Made by a program: the position numbers and the translations under genes. A DNA stretch of 64,000 nucleotides from Rebecca billardiae RCC1528 (taxonomy: Eukaryota; Protista; Haptophyta): the NCBI GenBank assembly GCA_965240325.2, contig OZ251225.1:1426001-1490000 (forward strand), in the 5' to 3' direction. Positions within the stretch are counted from its first letter, which is position 1, and the number at the start of each line of letters is the position of its first letter. Positions 33,382 through 43,782 of the stretch are shown here, in pieces. The notes below the pieces were generated by a model. That model was not told the DNA's origin. It ran no database searches and saw only the letters and a program-made list of their open reading frames with translations.

Positions 33382-35136
33382 CTAGGCCTTCTTGCGGCCG
33401 AGCGCGGCGATCTTCGTGGGCAGCAGCTCGACCATCTCGCGCGCGAGGTCGATCTCAGCGCGCATGAATCCGATCTCATTCTTGTCCGCGTAGTCCACGG
33501 CGAACCGGTACGCCTCGAGGCTCTGCGTGAGCGACTCGACCGTCTCCACCTTGCCGCACGCGCGCGCGAGCGCAAAGTGCGCGCTGACGAAGACCTCCTC
33601 GTTCTCGGCGTCGACGCGCTCGGGCGGGTTGCCGTCGGCGTCGTTGAACATCGCGAAGAAGCGCGCGTAGAACTCCGCCGCCTTCTCCGCCAGCGGCTTG
33701 AGCCGCGGCGCCGCCCTCGCGGGCGGCACCCCCTGCAGCTTGGCGAACCTTACGTCGAGCGCGTCCGTGTATGTGCCAGCCAGGTCGTACAGCAGCTGGC
33801 GCATGATCGAGTGGTACGCCTTGGGGTTGAGCGCGTCGGCGAGCGGCTCGAGCGCGGCGGCGCGGCGCTTGTGCATCGCCAGCATCCGCGCCGCGTCCGT
33901 CTCGTGCAGCACGAGCGCGCCGTACAGCCGCGCCTCGAGGTTGCAGCACGCGTAGTGGTCGGACACAAAGCCGTCAAGCACAAAGTGCGCCTTGGCCTCG
34001 CGCACGCGCACCGCCGCGGCCTTGAAGACCTCGCGCGCGGCGTCGAAGGAGCGGACGACGGCGGGCGAGGCGCACTGCGCCGACGGCGCGGGCAGTCCCT
34101 TCAGGAAACCATCGAAGCGCAGCCGCTCGTCCGCGAGCGAAATGGCGATGCCGCCGCCCGCGCCGCCGCCCGCCTCCGCCTCCGCCTCCGCCGGCGCGCT
34201 GCTCGCCGCTGCCTTGAGCACCGCGCGGTGCAGCTCCGCCCACGCGAGGTGCAGGTTGGCGCGCAGCTCGGCGTACTTCTCGACGGGCTCGCCCGACGCC
34301 TCCCGCCGCTGCTCGCTCGGGATCCCGCCGATCACCCGCTCCGCCGCGTGCAGGCAGTGCTCGGCCACGTCGTGTGCGCCCTCGGACGTGTAAAAGGCGG
34401 CGAGCGAGATGGCGTTCTTGCACCACCCGTGCCGCTCGAACTCGGGCTCGCCGCCGAGCTGCCGGCGCAGCGTGGCGTGCGCGTGCGTGGCGGACTGGCG
34501 CGGCTGGCCCAGGTGCCCGTACACCTGCGCGAGGAAGAAAAGCGTGTGCGTGTGCAGCCGCTCGAGGCTGGCGGCGGCGTCCGCGGCGGCCGCGCCATCG
34601 GGAGGGCACAGCGGCGGCGCGTCGGCAGCCGAGAAGCGCGCGTACAGCTCCTTGGCCGCGCTCAGGTGGCGCAGCGCATCGTCGTGCTGCTCGCGCTCGG
34701 CGCACAGCGTGCCGAGGTGGTTCAACGCGTCGCAGCGGTGCAGCGCGTGCTCGGGGCCCTCCCCAAGCACCTCGAGCGCGCGCGAGAGCGGCGCGCTCGC
34801 CGCACCAGGCTCCTCGGTCGACATGAAGTTGATGCCGAGGAGCGCGTCGACGATGCCGAGCACGTCGCGCGCGGCGGCAGCGCGCGACGCGTCAGCGTCC
34901 CCGTCCTCGCCCGCGCCGAACGCCTCTGCCGCGCGCCGCAGCCGCTGGAGCACGCGGCGCTCTTCGTACCGCGTCTCGTACGGTCGTGACTCGTCGTTTG
35001 GCTGCGCGCGCAGCCGGTCGGCCTCGGCGAGGTCGCGACGCAGGCGCTCACGCAGCGCAGGGACGTCTGCCGGCACGTCGACGGGCTCGTCCTGGTTCAG
35101 AAAGCCCTTCTTCAGCCCGTCCCCCGCCTCTGCCAT
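33382..35136 (-). CDS. KIFBP: KIF1-binding protein (KBP) homolog, TPR-like
   Basis: THTLFFLAQVYGHLG...HATLRRQL, FVLDGFVSDH, MHKRRAAALE...LNPKAYHSIMRQL, EIDLAREMVELLPTKI match the KBP_C family pattern. Confidence 0.88.
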   Translation of the reverse strand: MAEAGDGLKKGFLNQDEPVDVPADVPALRERLRRDLAEADRLRAQPNDESRPYETRYEERRVLQRLRRAAEAFGAGEDGDADASRAAAARDVLGIVDALLGINFMSTEEPGAASAPLSRALEVLGEGPEHALHRCDALNHLGTLCAEREQHDDALRHLSAAKELYARFSAADAPPLCPPDGAAAADAAASLERLHTHTLFFLAQVYGHLGQPRQSATHAHATLRRQLGGEPEFERHGWCKNAISLAAFYTSEGAHDVAEHCLHAAERVIGGIPSEQRREASGEPVEKYAELRANLHLAWAELHRAVLKAAASSAPAEAEAEAGGGAGGGIAISLADERLRFDGFLKGLPAPSAQCASPAVVRSFDAAREVFKAAAVRVREAKAHFVLDGFVSDHYACCNLEARLYGALVLHETDAARMLAMHKRRAAALEPLADALNPKAYHSIMRQLLYDLAGTYTDALDVRFAKLQGVPPARAAPRLKPLAEKAAEFYARFFAMFNDADGNPPERVDAENEEVFVSAHFALARACGKVETVESLTQSLEAYRFAVDYADKNEIGFMRAEIDLAREMVELLPTKIAALGRKKA

Positions 35137-35242
35137 GGTCTCGCACGTTCGTCGCGGGGCCAGCGGCGGCGCGAGCGTCCAGACCCGCCTCGCCGCTCGT
35201 GCAGTTCAACGGTCCAGCGTCGGCACTCCTCCGGTTGCAGCG

Positions 35243-36532
35243 ATGGCCGCCGCTGCGTGTCGCCGGCGCGTCGCCCTGCTGTGCGCGGTGGCGCTCTCGT
35301 TGGCCGGCGCTGCAGGCCATGGCGGTGGTGACGGGCGGTGCCGGTTCCCAAAGTGCCCGTTCATCTACGTGTACGACAGCCCGCCGCTCAACGCGCTGCT
35401 CATGCGCCAGCTCGACGCCGGCTTCGATCGCAAGATCAACATTGACATGATTGTGCACAAGGCGCTGCTCGACTCGGGGTGCACGGTGTCCGATCCGAGT
35501 CAGGCGTCCTTCTTCTTCGTGCCGTACTACTCGAGCTCGAACCACCGCGACCCTGACGGCCCGCACCCGCTGTGCACCCTCATCAGCTACCTGCAGACTG
35601 ACTGGCGCGACCACGTGTACTGGTCACGCAACGCGCAGCGCGATCACGCGCTGGTGATGGCGAGGATTGCGGACTGGTACGCGTTCGAGCGGCTGGTCGA
35701 GCGCACGCGCACACGCCTCACGCTGCACCCCATCGAATCGATCCGCGCGCGCAACCACACGCTGCCGCTGCCGTACCCCGTGCACGCGGAGGCGTCGAAG
35801 CGCCAGCTGATTGTCGACCCGCGCAAGCGCACGCCGGGCACGGCGCCGCTCGGCCTCGCCTTCTTCGCCGGCTCGAGCGTGCTCAACTCGATGTCAGGGA
35901 ACCACTCCACCGTGATGCGCACCAACCTCAAGAGCGCGATGGACGCAGAAGGCTCGAACTCCCTCTTCATCGAGACGGGCCGCGCGGGTGGCACGACGCA
36001 CAACGTCGTCAACAAGGTGTGGAAGGACGCCAAGGCGGCGAACGCGATCATCGACTACTCCTCCGGGTACTTCTTCTGCCCCGTGCCGCCGGGCGACTCG
36101 AGCTCGTCGGCGCGCTTCTTCGACTCGTTCTGGCGGCTGTGCATCCCCGTGCTCTTCGGCCACGGCTGGCAGCTGCCGTTCAGCCGCGTGATCCCTTACG
36201 ACAAGATTGTTGTCACGATGCCGGCCGCGCTGCTGGAGACGCGCACGGGCGCCGAGCTGGCGCTCAGCCAGCTCCGGCATATGAGCATCGACGAGCGCGT
36301 GCGCAGGCGGCAGCTCATGCTCAACGTGCGCCACCTCTTTGAGATGCACTACGTCGGCAACCAGCCGTCAGGCGTGAAGATGCTGATCCGCATGTACGCG
36401 CACCGTGCACTCGATGCGTGCCGCCATCGGCGCAGCGCGGCGGGGAGGCGGCGCGAGGGCGTGCATTGGGACGAGCTGCTCAACGACACGCGCTGCGCAA
36501 CCCGTCGCAGCCCGACGTCCCATGCGCAGTGA
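35243..36532 (+). CDS. Exostosin-family glycosyltransferase (GT47)
   Basis: Signal anchor, IYVYD, TVSDPSQASFFFVPYY, YWSRNAQRDH, LAFFAG, FCPVPPGDSSSSARFFDSFWRLCIPV, LPFSRVIPY. Confidence 0.9.
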   Translation: MAAAACRRRVALLCAVALSLAGAAGHGGGDGRCRFPKCPFIYVYDSPPLNALLMRQLDAGFDRKINIDMIVHKALLDSGCTVSDPSQASFFFVPYYSSSNHRDPDGPHPLCTLISYLQTDWRDHVYWSRNAQRDHALVMARIADWYAFERLVERTRTRLTLHPIESIRARNHTLPLPYPVHAEASKRQLIVDPRKRTPGTAPLGLAFFAGSSVLNSMSGNHSTVMRTNLKSAMDAEGSNSLFIETGRAGGTTHNVVNKVWKDAKAANAIIDYSSGYFFCPVPPGDSSSSARFFDSFWRLCIPVLFGHGWQLPFSRVIPYDKIVVTMPAALLETRTGAELALSQLRHMSIDERVRRRQLMLNVRHLFEMHYVGNQPSGVKMLIRMYAHRALDACRHRRSAAGRRREGVHWDELLNDTRCATRRSPTSHAQ

Positions 36533-36899
36533 GTGGGCGCGCGCGGTGCCACTGGCCCACAGAGGGCGAGGCCCCCGGCCCCGGTGCCATGACTAGAGAA
36601 CTCGTAGAGCTCTGAAACTTTGATTCAAGCCGTGACCGCGGCTGAATCAAGGGCCGGCGCGCCCGGGTTCGTCGCGCTGCTTTTTTTTACTATTCACAGT
36701 TAGAGGTGATCAAGTTTCCCGATCCCTTGCCTTGCCGTTTTTATCGGTTGGCGGTTGGCGGCAATCTCATACTTAAAATCGCGCTCGTAACGAACCGTTA
36801 CGCTTAAGTCACGTCCGGCTGACGTCCAGATCGCACTTTACTTAGGGAATGTCGTGGGCGCGCTCTTTTTCGGCCTAATAGACCTCTCTATGCGATCTC

Positions 36900-37050
36900 A
36901 AAAACTCGAAACTCGGTCTCCGCCAGCCCTAAAAATCGCCCCCGTCCCTTTTTTCTTGATCAAAGATCTTTTTGAAACGTGGTTCGGGCCCGCTGGTGCG
37001 GGCTCCACGCTGCGGGCTCCGCCCTGCACCGCGGGCCATAAGCTAACTAG
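36900..37050. repeat. Dispersed structured repeat, copy 2; GC-rich stem-loop followed by CTAG|T (Helitron-like 3' end)
   Basis: Homologous to 15990-16150. Stem GGCCCGC-T-GGTGC-GGGC...GCCC-T-GCACC-GCGGGCC ends at 37037, and CTAG at 37047-37050 is followed by T. Confidence 0.65.
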
Positions 37051-37236
37051 TGCATCATGCTAGCAGTATAGTTAGCTCCGTAAGTAATAATTATTATTGA
37101 TCATCGTCGTTACTAGTCGCAGGACCGGGTCCGACCATTAGTCCATGCATTAGAAACATTTATCAGCATAATCAATATATTTGATTTAATCATGATGTGA
37201 GATGACAGATTGAGATGTCACGCTGTGACTGCTGTT

Positions 37237-37252
37237 TCTCTCTCTCTCTCAC

Positions 37253-37283
<31 letters not shown>

Positions 37284-37296
37284 GCTCTCTCTCTCT
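37237..37296. repeat. (TC)n microsatellite
   Basis: Interrupted tctctc run directly visible. Confidence 0.9.
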
Positions 37297-37611
37297 GGCT
37301 ATATCGATCTATATAATTACTGTATCGTCCTTAGATGAATTAGCTTAGTGCTTATTCGGAGACGAAGTGCGAGTCTGCGGCTATAGTGCTACGCGACTGC
37401 ACTGCTACCGTCGTGATGATTCTAATAGCCAGCCTGCCAGTGCTCGCTGACCGCACACGTACCGCACTCTGAGTTTGACTCCGATGCATGAGTCTGAGCC
37501 GACCGCCTCGGTCGGACATGCAAGCGGCGCGCCGGCGATCGCTTTTCTTTTGCCACTCGGGTGGGCGCGTCGGCTTGCCCCCGCGGGGGGCGCCTACAGC
37601 GCCGTGACAGC

Positions 37612-38487
37612 TTACCCCGGGGCCCATCTACAGCGCATCGCGTTGGCGCTCGGCAGCCGGAACAGCGTCGAGTGGTTCCGCGGGTACCTGTGGTCAATCC
37701 CGCTATCAGGCCTCGACGCCGCGTAGTAGTAAAACGCCAAGCTGCGGCGAGATCGATGTGAGGGGCAACGCAGGGGCTCGGGATGGCCGTGGTAGCTGAA
37801 GTCGTCAGACGAAAACACGACCAGGCGATTGCCCAGCGGGGTGATCCTGGCCGCGCACGCCGACATGTTGCGATCCCACAGCTCGAGGTGACCGCCCCAC
37901 GACTCATCCCAACCACCATTCACGAAGAGGAAGACGTTCACTCGTCTCTCGTTGTTCACGATGGGATGGCGCGCAAAGTCGGCGTGGATGTCTAGCGACC
38001 CACCACGCAGCGTCTGGTGCAGCCCCGCGCCGAAGTTGTACGGATCCGACACCAGGGGCCCGATGCCTGTGAGCGCCTCCAGGATCTGGACAAACTCCTG
38101 GCTCTTGAAGGCTGCCATGATCCCTTGTGTGGTGGCGCCCATCTTGAGCTCGTCCGGCTCGAACATCTTGAGCAGCACAGTCCCGCTCTCAGGCCTGTAG
38201 AAGCATTGCTGCGTTGCGCCCTCCCGCTCACGGCGCAAGCATGTCTCGCTGGGCGACTCGCCGCCCTGCACAACATCGTCTGGGAATTCGGCGTCGAGCC
38301 GCTTGAGGAGACTCTGCGGTGCAACCCCGTCAAAGACTGCGTGAGGGAAGGGCTGGCGGTGGGGATACTCGGCGCGGCTGCGCTCCAGCCGGCCGGGGGT
38401 GAGCGCAGCCTGCAGCGCCGCGATCATGTGCAGGCGGGCCGCGGCCTTCGTTGAACGGCCATGAAGGCGGACGTCGACGGCCGGCAT
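37612..38487 (-). CDS. 2-oxoglutarate/Fe(II)-dependent oxygenase (2OG-FeII_Oxy_3 / prolyl-hydroxylase-like)
   Basis: PFPHAVFDG, GAGLHQ...GGSLDIHADF (HxD), RRVNVFLFVN..W...WGGHLELWD, NRLVVF...SYHGHP (distal His), RRSLAFYYY. Confidence 0.9.
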   Translation of the reverse strand: MPAVDVRLHGRSTKAAARLHMIAALQAALTPGRLERSRAEYPHRQPFPHAVFDGVAPQSLLKRLDAEFPDDVVQGGESPSETCLRREREGATQQCFYRPESGTVLLKMFEPDELKMGATTQGIMAAFKSQEFVQILEALTGIGPLVSDPYNFGAGLHQTLRGGSLDIHADFARHPIVNNERRVNVFLFVNGGWDESWGGHLELWDRNMSACAARITPLGNRLVVFSSDDFSYHGHPEPLRCPSHRSRRSLAFYYYAASRPDSGIDHRYPRNHSTLFRLPSANAMRCRWAPG

Positions 38488-38688
38488 TGCGTCGACGAAC
38501 TCATCACTGTCTCACTGAACCATTTTCGTAGTAGTCGCGAATCTCCAAATCGTCAAATCATTGACGTCGTTCTTCACATTCTATTTTCGATATTGCCAAG
38601 TTAGCCAACCGCCGTTGCCGCGCCCCTAAATCTCGCATCTGGAGATCCCCCGCTGCCCGAGCCGCGCGATTCTCGCGGCAGATCCGCG

Positions 38689-40401
38689 ATGGCAGCTCAA
38701 CCACGGGCCCCGCGCCAATGCAGCGGCGCCTTGATCGTGGTGTGCGTGCTCCTGCTCGGCAACGTGGGGGCTACGCAGTCGATCTTCGACTTGATCGTGC
38801 GGAACCCTCCGCATGACGGCGGCTCGGCGGTGGCCGCGCCCGCCTCCGGCGGGGTCGTCGACCTGGCGCATTGGGCCGCTACGCATCATCTCGACAGCGG
38901 CGGGCATGATCGTCGCAATGAGCGCGATGATCTAGGGTCCGGTGGCGACAGCATCATATCCCTGACCGAGTTCATGCGCAACCGCCAGTACGAGCACGCG
39001 GCATCGTCGAGCGTTCAGCACGGCACGCAACCGGAGGCAGCGCCCACTCCGCGAGCGGTCGACCACTCGCGGGAGTGCTACACTCGCACCGACCGGAGCG
39101 ACTACAACGGCACGGTGTCTGTCACGGCGTTCGGCCACACGTGCAGGCCCTGGGCGTTTCGCTACCGCAAGGAGCGCGGGCAGGTCGAGGTCCACGCCTC
39201 GCACAACTACTGCCGGGGCGTGCTCGCGCCCATGCGCTGCGCGGCGTGCTACCCGTCGTGTGACGGCGCCGGCCCATGCTACACGACCCTCGAGTGCTGC
39301 GATGTCGGCATGCCTTCGAGGTCGTGCCCCGCTGGGCCGGTGGCGGCACCCAGCCTCAGCGTGCGCGCCCCGGCGACCACGCCCACGCGGCACTCGCCGC
39401 CGCCGCCTCCCTCCGCCGCCGTGGACTCGTCCTTCTCGTGGCGGCTGCTCAGGCGCTCGTTCCCCTCACCGCCGCCACCGCCGCAGCCAGTGCACTCGCC
39501 GCCGCCGCCAAGCTACGCGCCACCACCCCTGTCGGCGTCGCGGGAGTGCTACACGAGCCACGACGGCAGCGACTACCGCGGCACGGCGAACGTCACCGTG
39601 AACGGGTACGTGTGCCAGCGATGGACGGACCTCTCTCCCAACAACCATTCCCTCCGGCCCGGCACAGCGCTCTGGTATGAATCGGGGCTCGGCGACCACA
39701 ACTACTGCCGACGGCCCGGCGGTTTCGCCTGCCCGTGGTGCTACACGCTGCGCTACGACCCCGGCGGCCTGGAGAAGCGGCGCGATCGCCGGGAGCGCAA
39801 GCAGAAGGAGCACAGGGAGAAGGACCGGCACCACCACACGCACCTGGTGCGCCTCGGCCCGAAACGCGCGCACGGCGTCGAGCCTGGCCGGACGCCCGCG
39901 CACCGCTGACGTCCCCACACCGTGCGCCCCCCCCCTCGCGCCACGCGCCCCGTGCAGGCGTGGGACTGCTGTGACGTCACGCAGTACATGCAGCGCTCGT
40001 GCAGCCGGGCCCGCACGCGCCTGGCGCCGGAGACGGCGCCCGAGACCGTGCCCTCGACCGTGCCCTCGGCCGCGCGAGCTGTGGACGAGAGGGAGGGCTC
40101 GATGATGCAGACCGCGCTTGCCGCCATCATGGCCGGGTCAGTTGTCCTCATCGCGATGGGCGCGGCGGTGCTGGCTCTGGTCCGACGCGGCGCGGTTGAG
40201 CACGCGCCGCCTCGCCAGCATGCGCCGTCCACGCGCACTCCGGCGCCCGCTGCAGGACCTGGACTTGGACATTACGACCCAGCGTTGCACGACGCTCATC
40301 GTCCGGCAGCGACGATCTCGAGCGGCGTCGAATGGGAGTGGGACGACGATCGCCGAAGTCGAGGCACTGTCTGCGGAGCTGGCGCCGTCATCATGCTCTG
40401 A
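38689..40401 (+). CDS. Type I membrane protein with two kringle domains and a Pro-rich linker; intron 39847-39957
   Basis: Signal peptide. ECYTRTDRSDYNGTVSVTAFGHTCRPW...HNYCR and ECYTSHDGSDYRGTANVTVNGYVCQRW...DHNYCRRP...PWCYT...|WDCCDV. SPPPP repeats and a TM helix (ALAAIMAGSVVLIAMGAAVLALV). Confidence 0.85.
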
Positions 40402-40552
40402 CCGATGCGATGACTAGTAACTACTACGTATCATCATCACGATGATGCCCGCCTGTGACAGCTGCAAATAAATAATAATGCTATTCGACGCAGTAATAAG
40501 TAATAACCTATATATATATTAACTTAATATTGAACCCGAACCGTGATACGTC

Positions 40553-40555
<3 letters not shown>

Positions 40556-40622
<67 letters not shown>

Positions 40623-40637
40623 AGTAGAGAGAGAGAG
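40556..40637. repeat. (TC)~32 microsatellite followed by a short (GA)n tract
   Basis: Directly visible. Confidence 0.95.
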
Positions 40638-41209
40638 CTAGATATATATATACGTAACTAGCTATGAGCAGCTGGCTGATGCATGTCAGCAGTCGTCGTA
40701 GTCAGTAGCGACGCTGCCAGCATTCGTATAGGGGTATACTATACTAGTACCGTAATAACCGAGCGCACGGAGCAGCACGCTGCACGCCACTGCCAGGCGG
40801 CTGCCCGAGCACGGTCTCCGACTGAGATGACCGACTCCGCAGCGCAGTCCGGCTGCACACGCTCCCTCAGTCTGCGTGCCGCTGGCATCATGATCAGGAG
40901 TAGTGAATCAGGGATTCAGGCTGCAGGCATTCATCAGGTGCGCTGACTGCGCAGACACTGCGCTACTCTCAGATGACGAGTCACTAGTCAGACTTAGATG
41001 GCCGCCCTGCGTCTAATTTCAGTCTATAATGATGATGATGCGCGCGGATGGCGCCCTGCGTAGTGCGTGCCACTAGGGGCATCGGATGAATATAATGTGT
41101 TACTCAGTTACTTTCGGGCAGACAACGCCGACTACAGCTCTAGGGCCACTACGCGACGCAGCTGGCATCGGTCGGAAGCCCGCCTGAGGGTGTCAGAGGC
41201 CGCCCAGGG

Positions 41210-43592
41210 TCAGCCGGGGCTGCTCGCGGCGAGGCCGCCTGGCAAGCTCTCGAGCTTGGCGGTGCCCTCGAGCCAGACGCAGGGGTCGCGCTCTTTCTTC
41301 TTGACGGACGGGTACATGGTCGCCTCGAAGCGGCACTCCTTCTGACAGTACGCCACTCGGATGCCGAACAACCACATCACCAGCTGGTGGAAGTCTGATG
41401 CGTCGCGCGTGGACGCGAAGCCGCCAAAGATGGCCGACGCCTCCTCGAGCGAGACCTGCACGATGTGCGCGTGGCTCACGTTCGCCGCTAGCCGCGCGAC
41501 CTGCGCGTCCGAGCTGCCCCGCGGCACCTCCACCACGAGCGAGGTCTCGCCCGCGCGCGCCTGCGGCGGCGACGCGCCGGCCGGCGCGCCCGCGGCGGCG
41601 CCTCGCGCGGCGCGCAGGATGGCGCGCGAGTTGGACACCTGCGGCGCCTGCCGCAACTCGTCGCCGTACAGGTGGCCCTCAAAGCCGGTGGCTTGGAACA
41701 CCTTGCCCACGTGCGTGCTCGAGATATGCGTCGGCTGCTCGTACCAGTGGCTCGAGTCGAAGATGTGGTCGAACGGGCATACGAACGGCAGCTGCGTCGC
41801 GTGGTGCCCGCCCGGGATCATGCAAGCCTCCAGCCTGTAGAAGTAACGGTCGCAGTAGCACCAGAAGCGCGGCAGGATGAGCGTGCGGTTGAGCGCGACC
41901 GCAAGCGCGATCGCGTGCTGCAGCTTCGCACGGACGCGCAGCTGCCAGTCCACGTGCTGCCACGCGCGCTGGTCGTAGTCCGCGCGGTCGAAGGGCACCG
42001 TGTGCGGCAGCGCGAGGTCGTCCGTGACGAGCAGGAAGCGGCGGGTGTAGAGCAGCTTGGACGGCTCGCCGCCCGCGCCCGGTGGCGGCGGGAGCGCGGC
42101 GGCCGACGAGCTGGCGTGGCGCGTGAGGAAGGGCAGCTTCCACATGCCGAAGTCCTTCATGCGCTGCAGCTTGCCGTACGCGTACGAGGCCGAGTCGCCC
42201 CACGTGAACGTGACGTGCACCGCGGTCGGCCACACGCCCGTCGAGAGGAAGCGCTGCTGCACGAAGAACGAGTGGCCGTTTGCAAAGTAGATGGTCGGGA
42301 GCACGCCGACCACGTACCGCTCGAGCTTGCCCGGCATGCACACCATGTACACCTGCTTCGAGCCGGGCGTGTGCCCCTGCGCCGCCGAGAGCGGCACGCC
42401 GTAGCGCCCGCTCTGGAAGGCGGCGGCGCACATGCTGCGCCTCACCTTGTCAGACTCGGCGTTGCGCGCGCCGTCGTGCCACACGGCCGAGCCGAGCGGC
42501 CGGCCGTCGATCATCTCGTTGAGCAGGTTCTGGTCGTTGTAGCCCTCGCAGCGCGCGTGCTTGCCGCGCACCTCCTCCGGGCAGCGGTAGTACTGCACGA
42601 GCCGGTCCTGCGGCGCGCAGTGCGCGCGCGCGCGAGCGCGGCGGCACGCGTGAGATGGCGCCGCCATCGAGGCTGCGCGCGGTGCGGCGCTCTGCGCCGC
42701 GGCCCCGCGGCCCCGCGCGCGGCGCGAGCCGCCGACGTGCGCGCACCTCCCACTCCTTCACGAAGGTGAGCGAGCGGTTGTTGGCGCGGAAGAACATCAT
42801 GCCCGTGTTCTTCTGCACCGGCGTGTACCAGCACCCCGAGTTGCCGTCGCTCTCGTCGTCCGTCGAGTCGATGCAGTCCGTGGAGATGAGGAGGTCCGCC
42901 TTTGAGAAGTCATGGTACGGCGGCTCGCGCCCGTACACCAGCGGGCGCGGGTCGCGGAACCACGCGGTGTCCGTGTCCGAGATGAGCACGTCGCGCCCGC
43001 CGCGCAGCAGCGACTGGATGAAGAGCGTCTTGAGCACGCCGAGCCCGGCGAAGCCCTTGTCCGAGCCGCGCACGTTGAGCATGCCGGCGTTCTGCAGCCC
43101 GGAGAGGGCGTCGCTCGACGACGCCTCCGCGCCGCCGCGGTGCACGGCGTGCACGGGCACGCCCCACCGCTCGCACACGGTGACCATGGTATCGTCCATC
43201 GCGCCGAGCATGTGCGGCAGCTCGAGCGCGCGGATGTGCAGCACCCAGTTCAGCGCAAAGTCGAGGACGCCCTTGGTGGCAAACGTGACGATGATGAAGG
43301 ACGGATCCTCGACCGCGCCAGCGGCGCCGGAGTGCGCTGGTTCGGCCGTCGACGCCTGAGGGGTGGTCGCCGGTAGTGGTGCCCGCCGCCGGTGCATCGG
43401 GGCCTGCACGCCGGGCAGCTTCGAGGCAGGCTGCACCTCAGCCGATGCTGGTGTGGCGGCGCGCGCGGGCTCAGCCGGGCGCGGGCACGGGTCCTGCACG
43501 GCGCTCGTGTACTTGACGTATCGAAAGTTGACAAGGAGCGAGGCGACAAGCAGCAACGCCACGAGCCATGCGACGCTGCGAAGCCCGGCCAT
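41210..43592 (-). CDS. Nucleotide-diphospho-sugar transferase, GT77 (XEG113/RRA-like arabinosyltransferase); intron 42608-42746
   Basis: Type II anchor, IIVTFA...FALNWV, DVLISDTDTAWFRDP (DxD), DLLISTD, NTGMMF, NDQN, FANGHSFFVQ, AVHVTF, ALAVALNRTLILPRFWCYCDR, LPFVCPFDH. Confidence 0.9.
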
Positions 43593-43782
43593 GCTGCTCC
43601 TCCCCGGCGACCAGGCACGGTGCCGCGCCCTCCCTGGACGACGACCCCGGCAATGGCGGTCGAGCCAGCAGGGCGACGTTTACAAGAGCGCGTCCGGTTC
43701 CTGGGCAGCGCGCGGCGGCGCCGGGCGCACGGGACAACTCCAAAACCTGCCCGGCCCGGGCGGCAGGTCGCGCCCCGTCCCG

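Noticed and set aside
34409-35242. N-terminal extension of the GT47 ORF overlapping KIFBP
   Set aside because: Antisense shadow of KIFBP. The signal anchor begins at ATG 35243.
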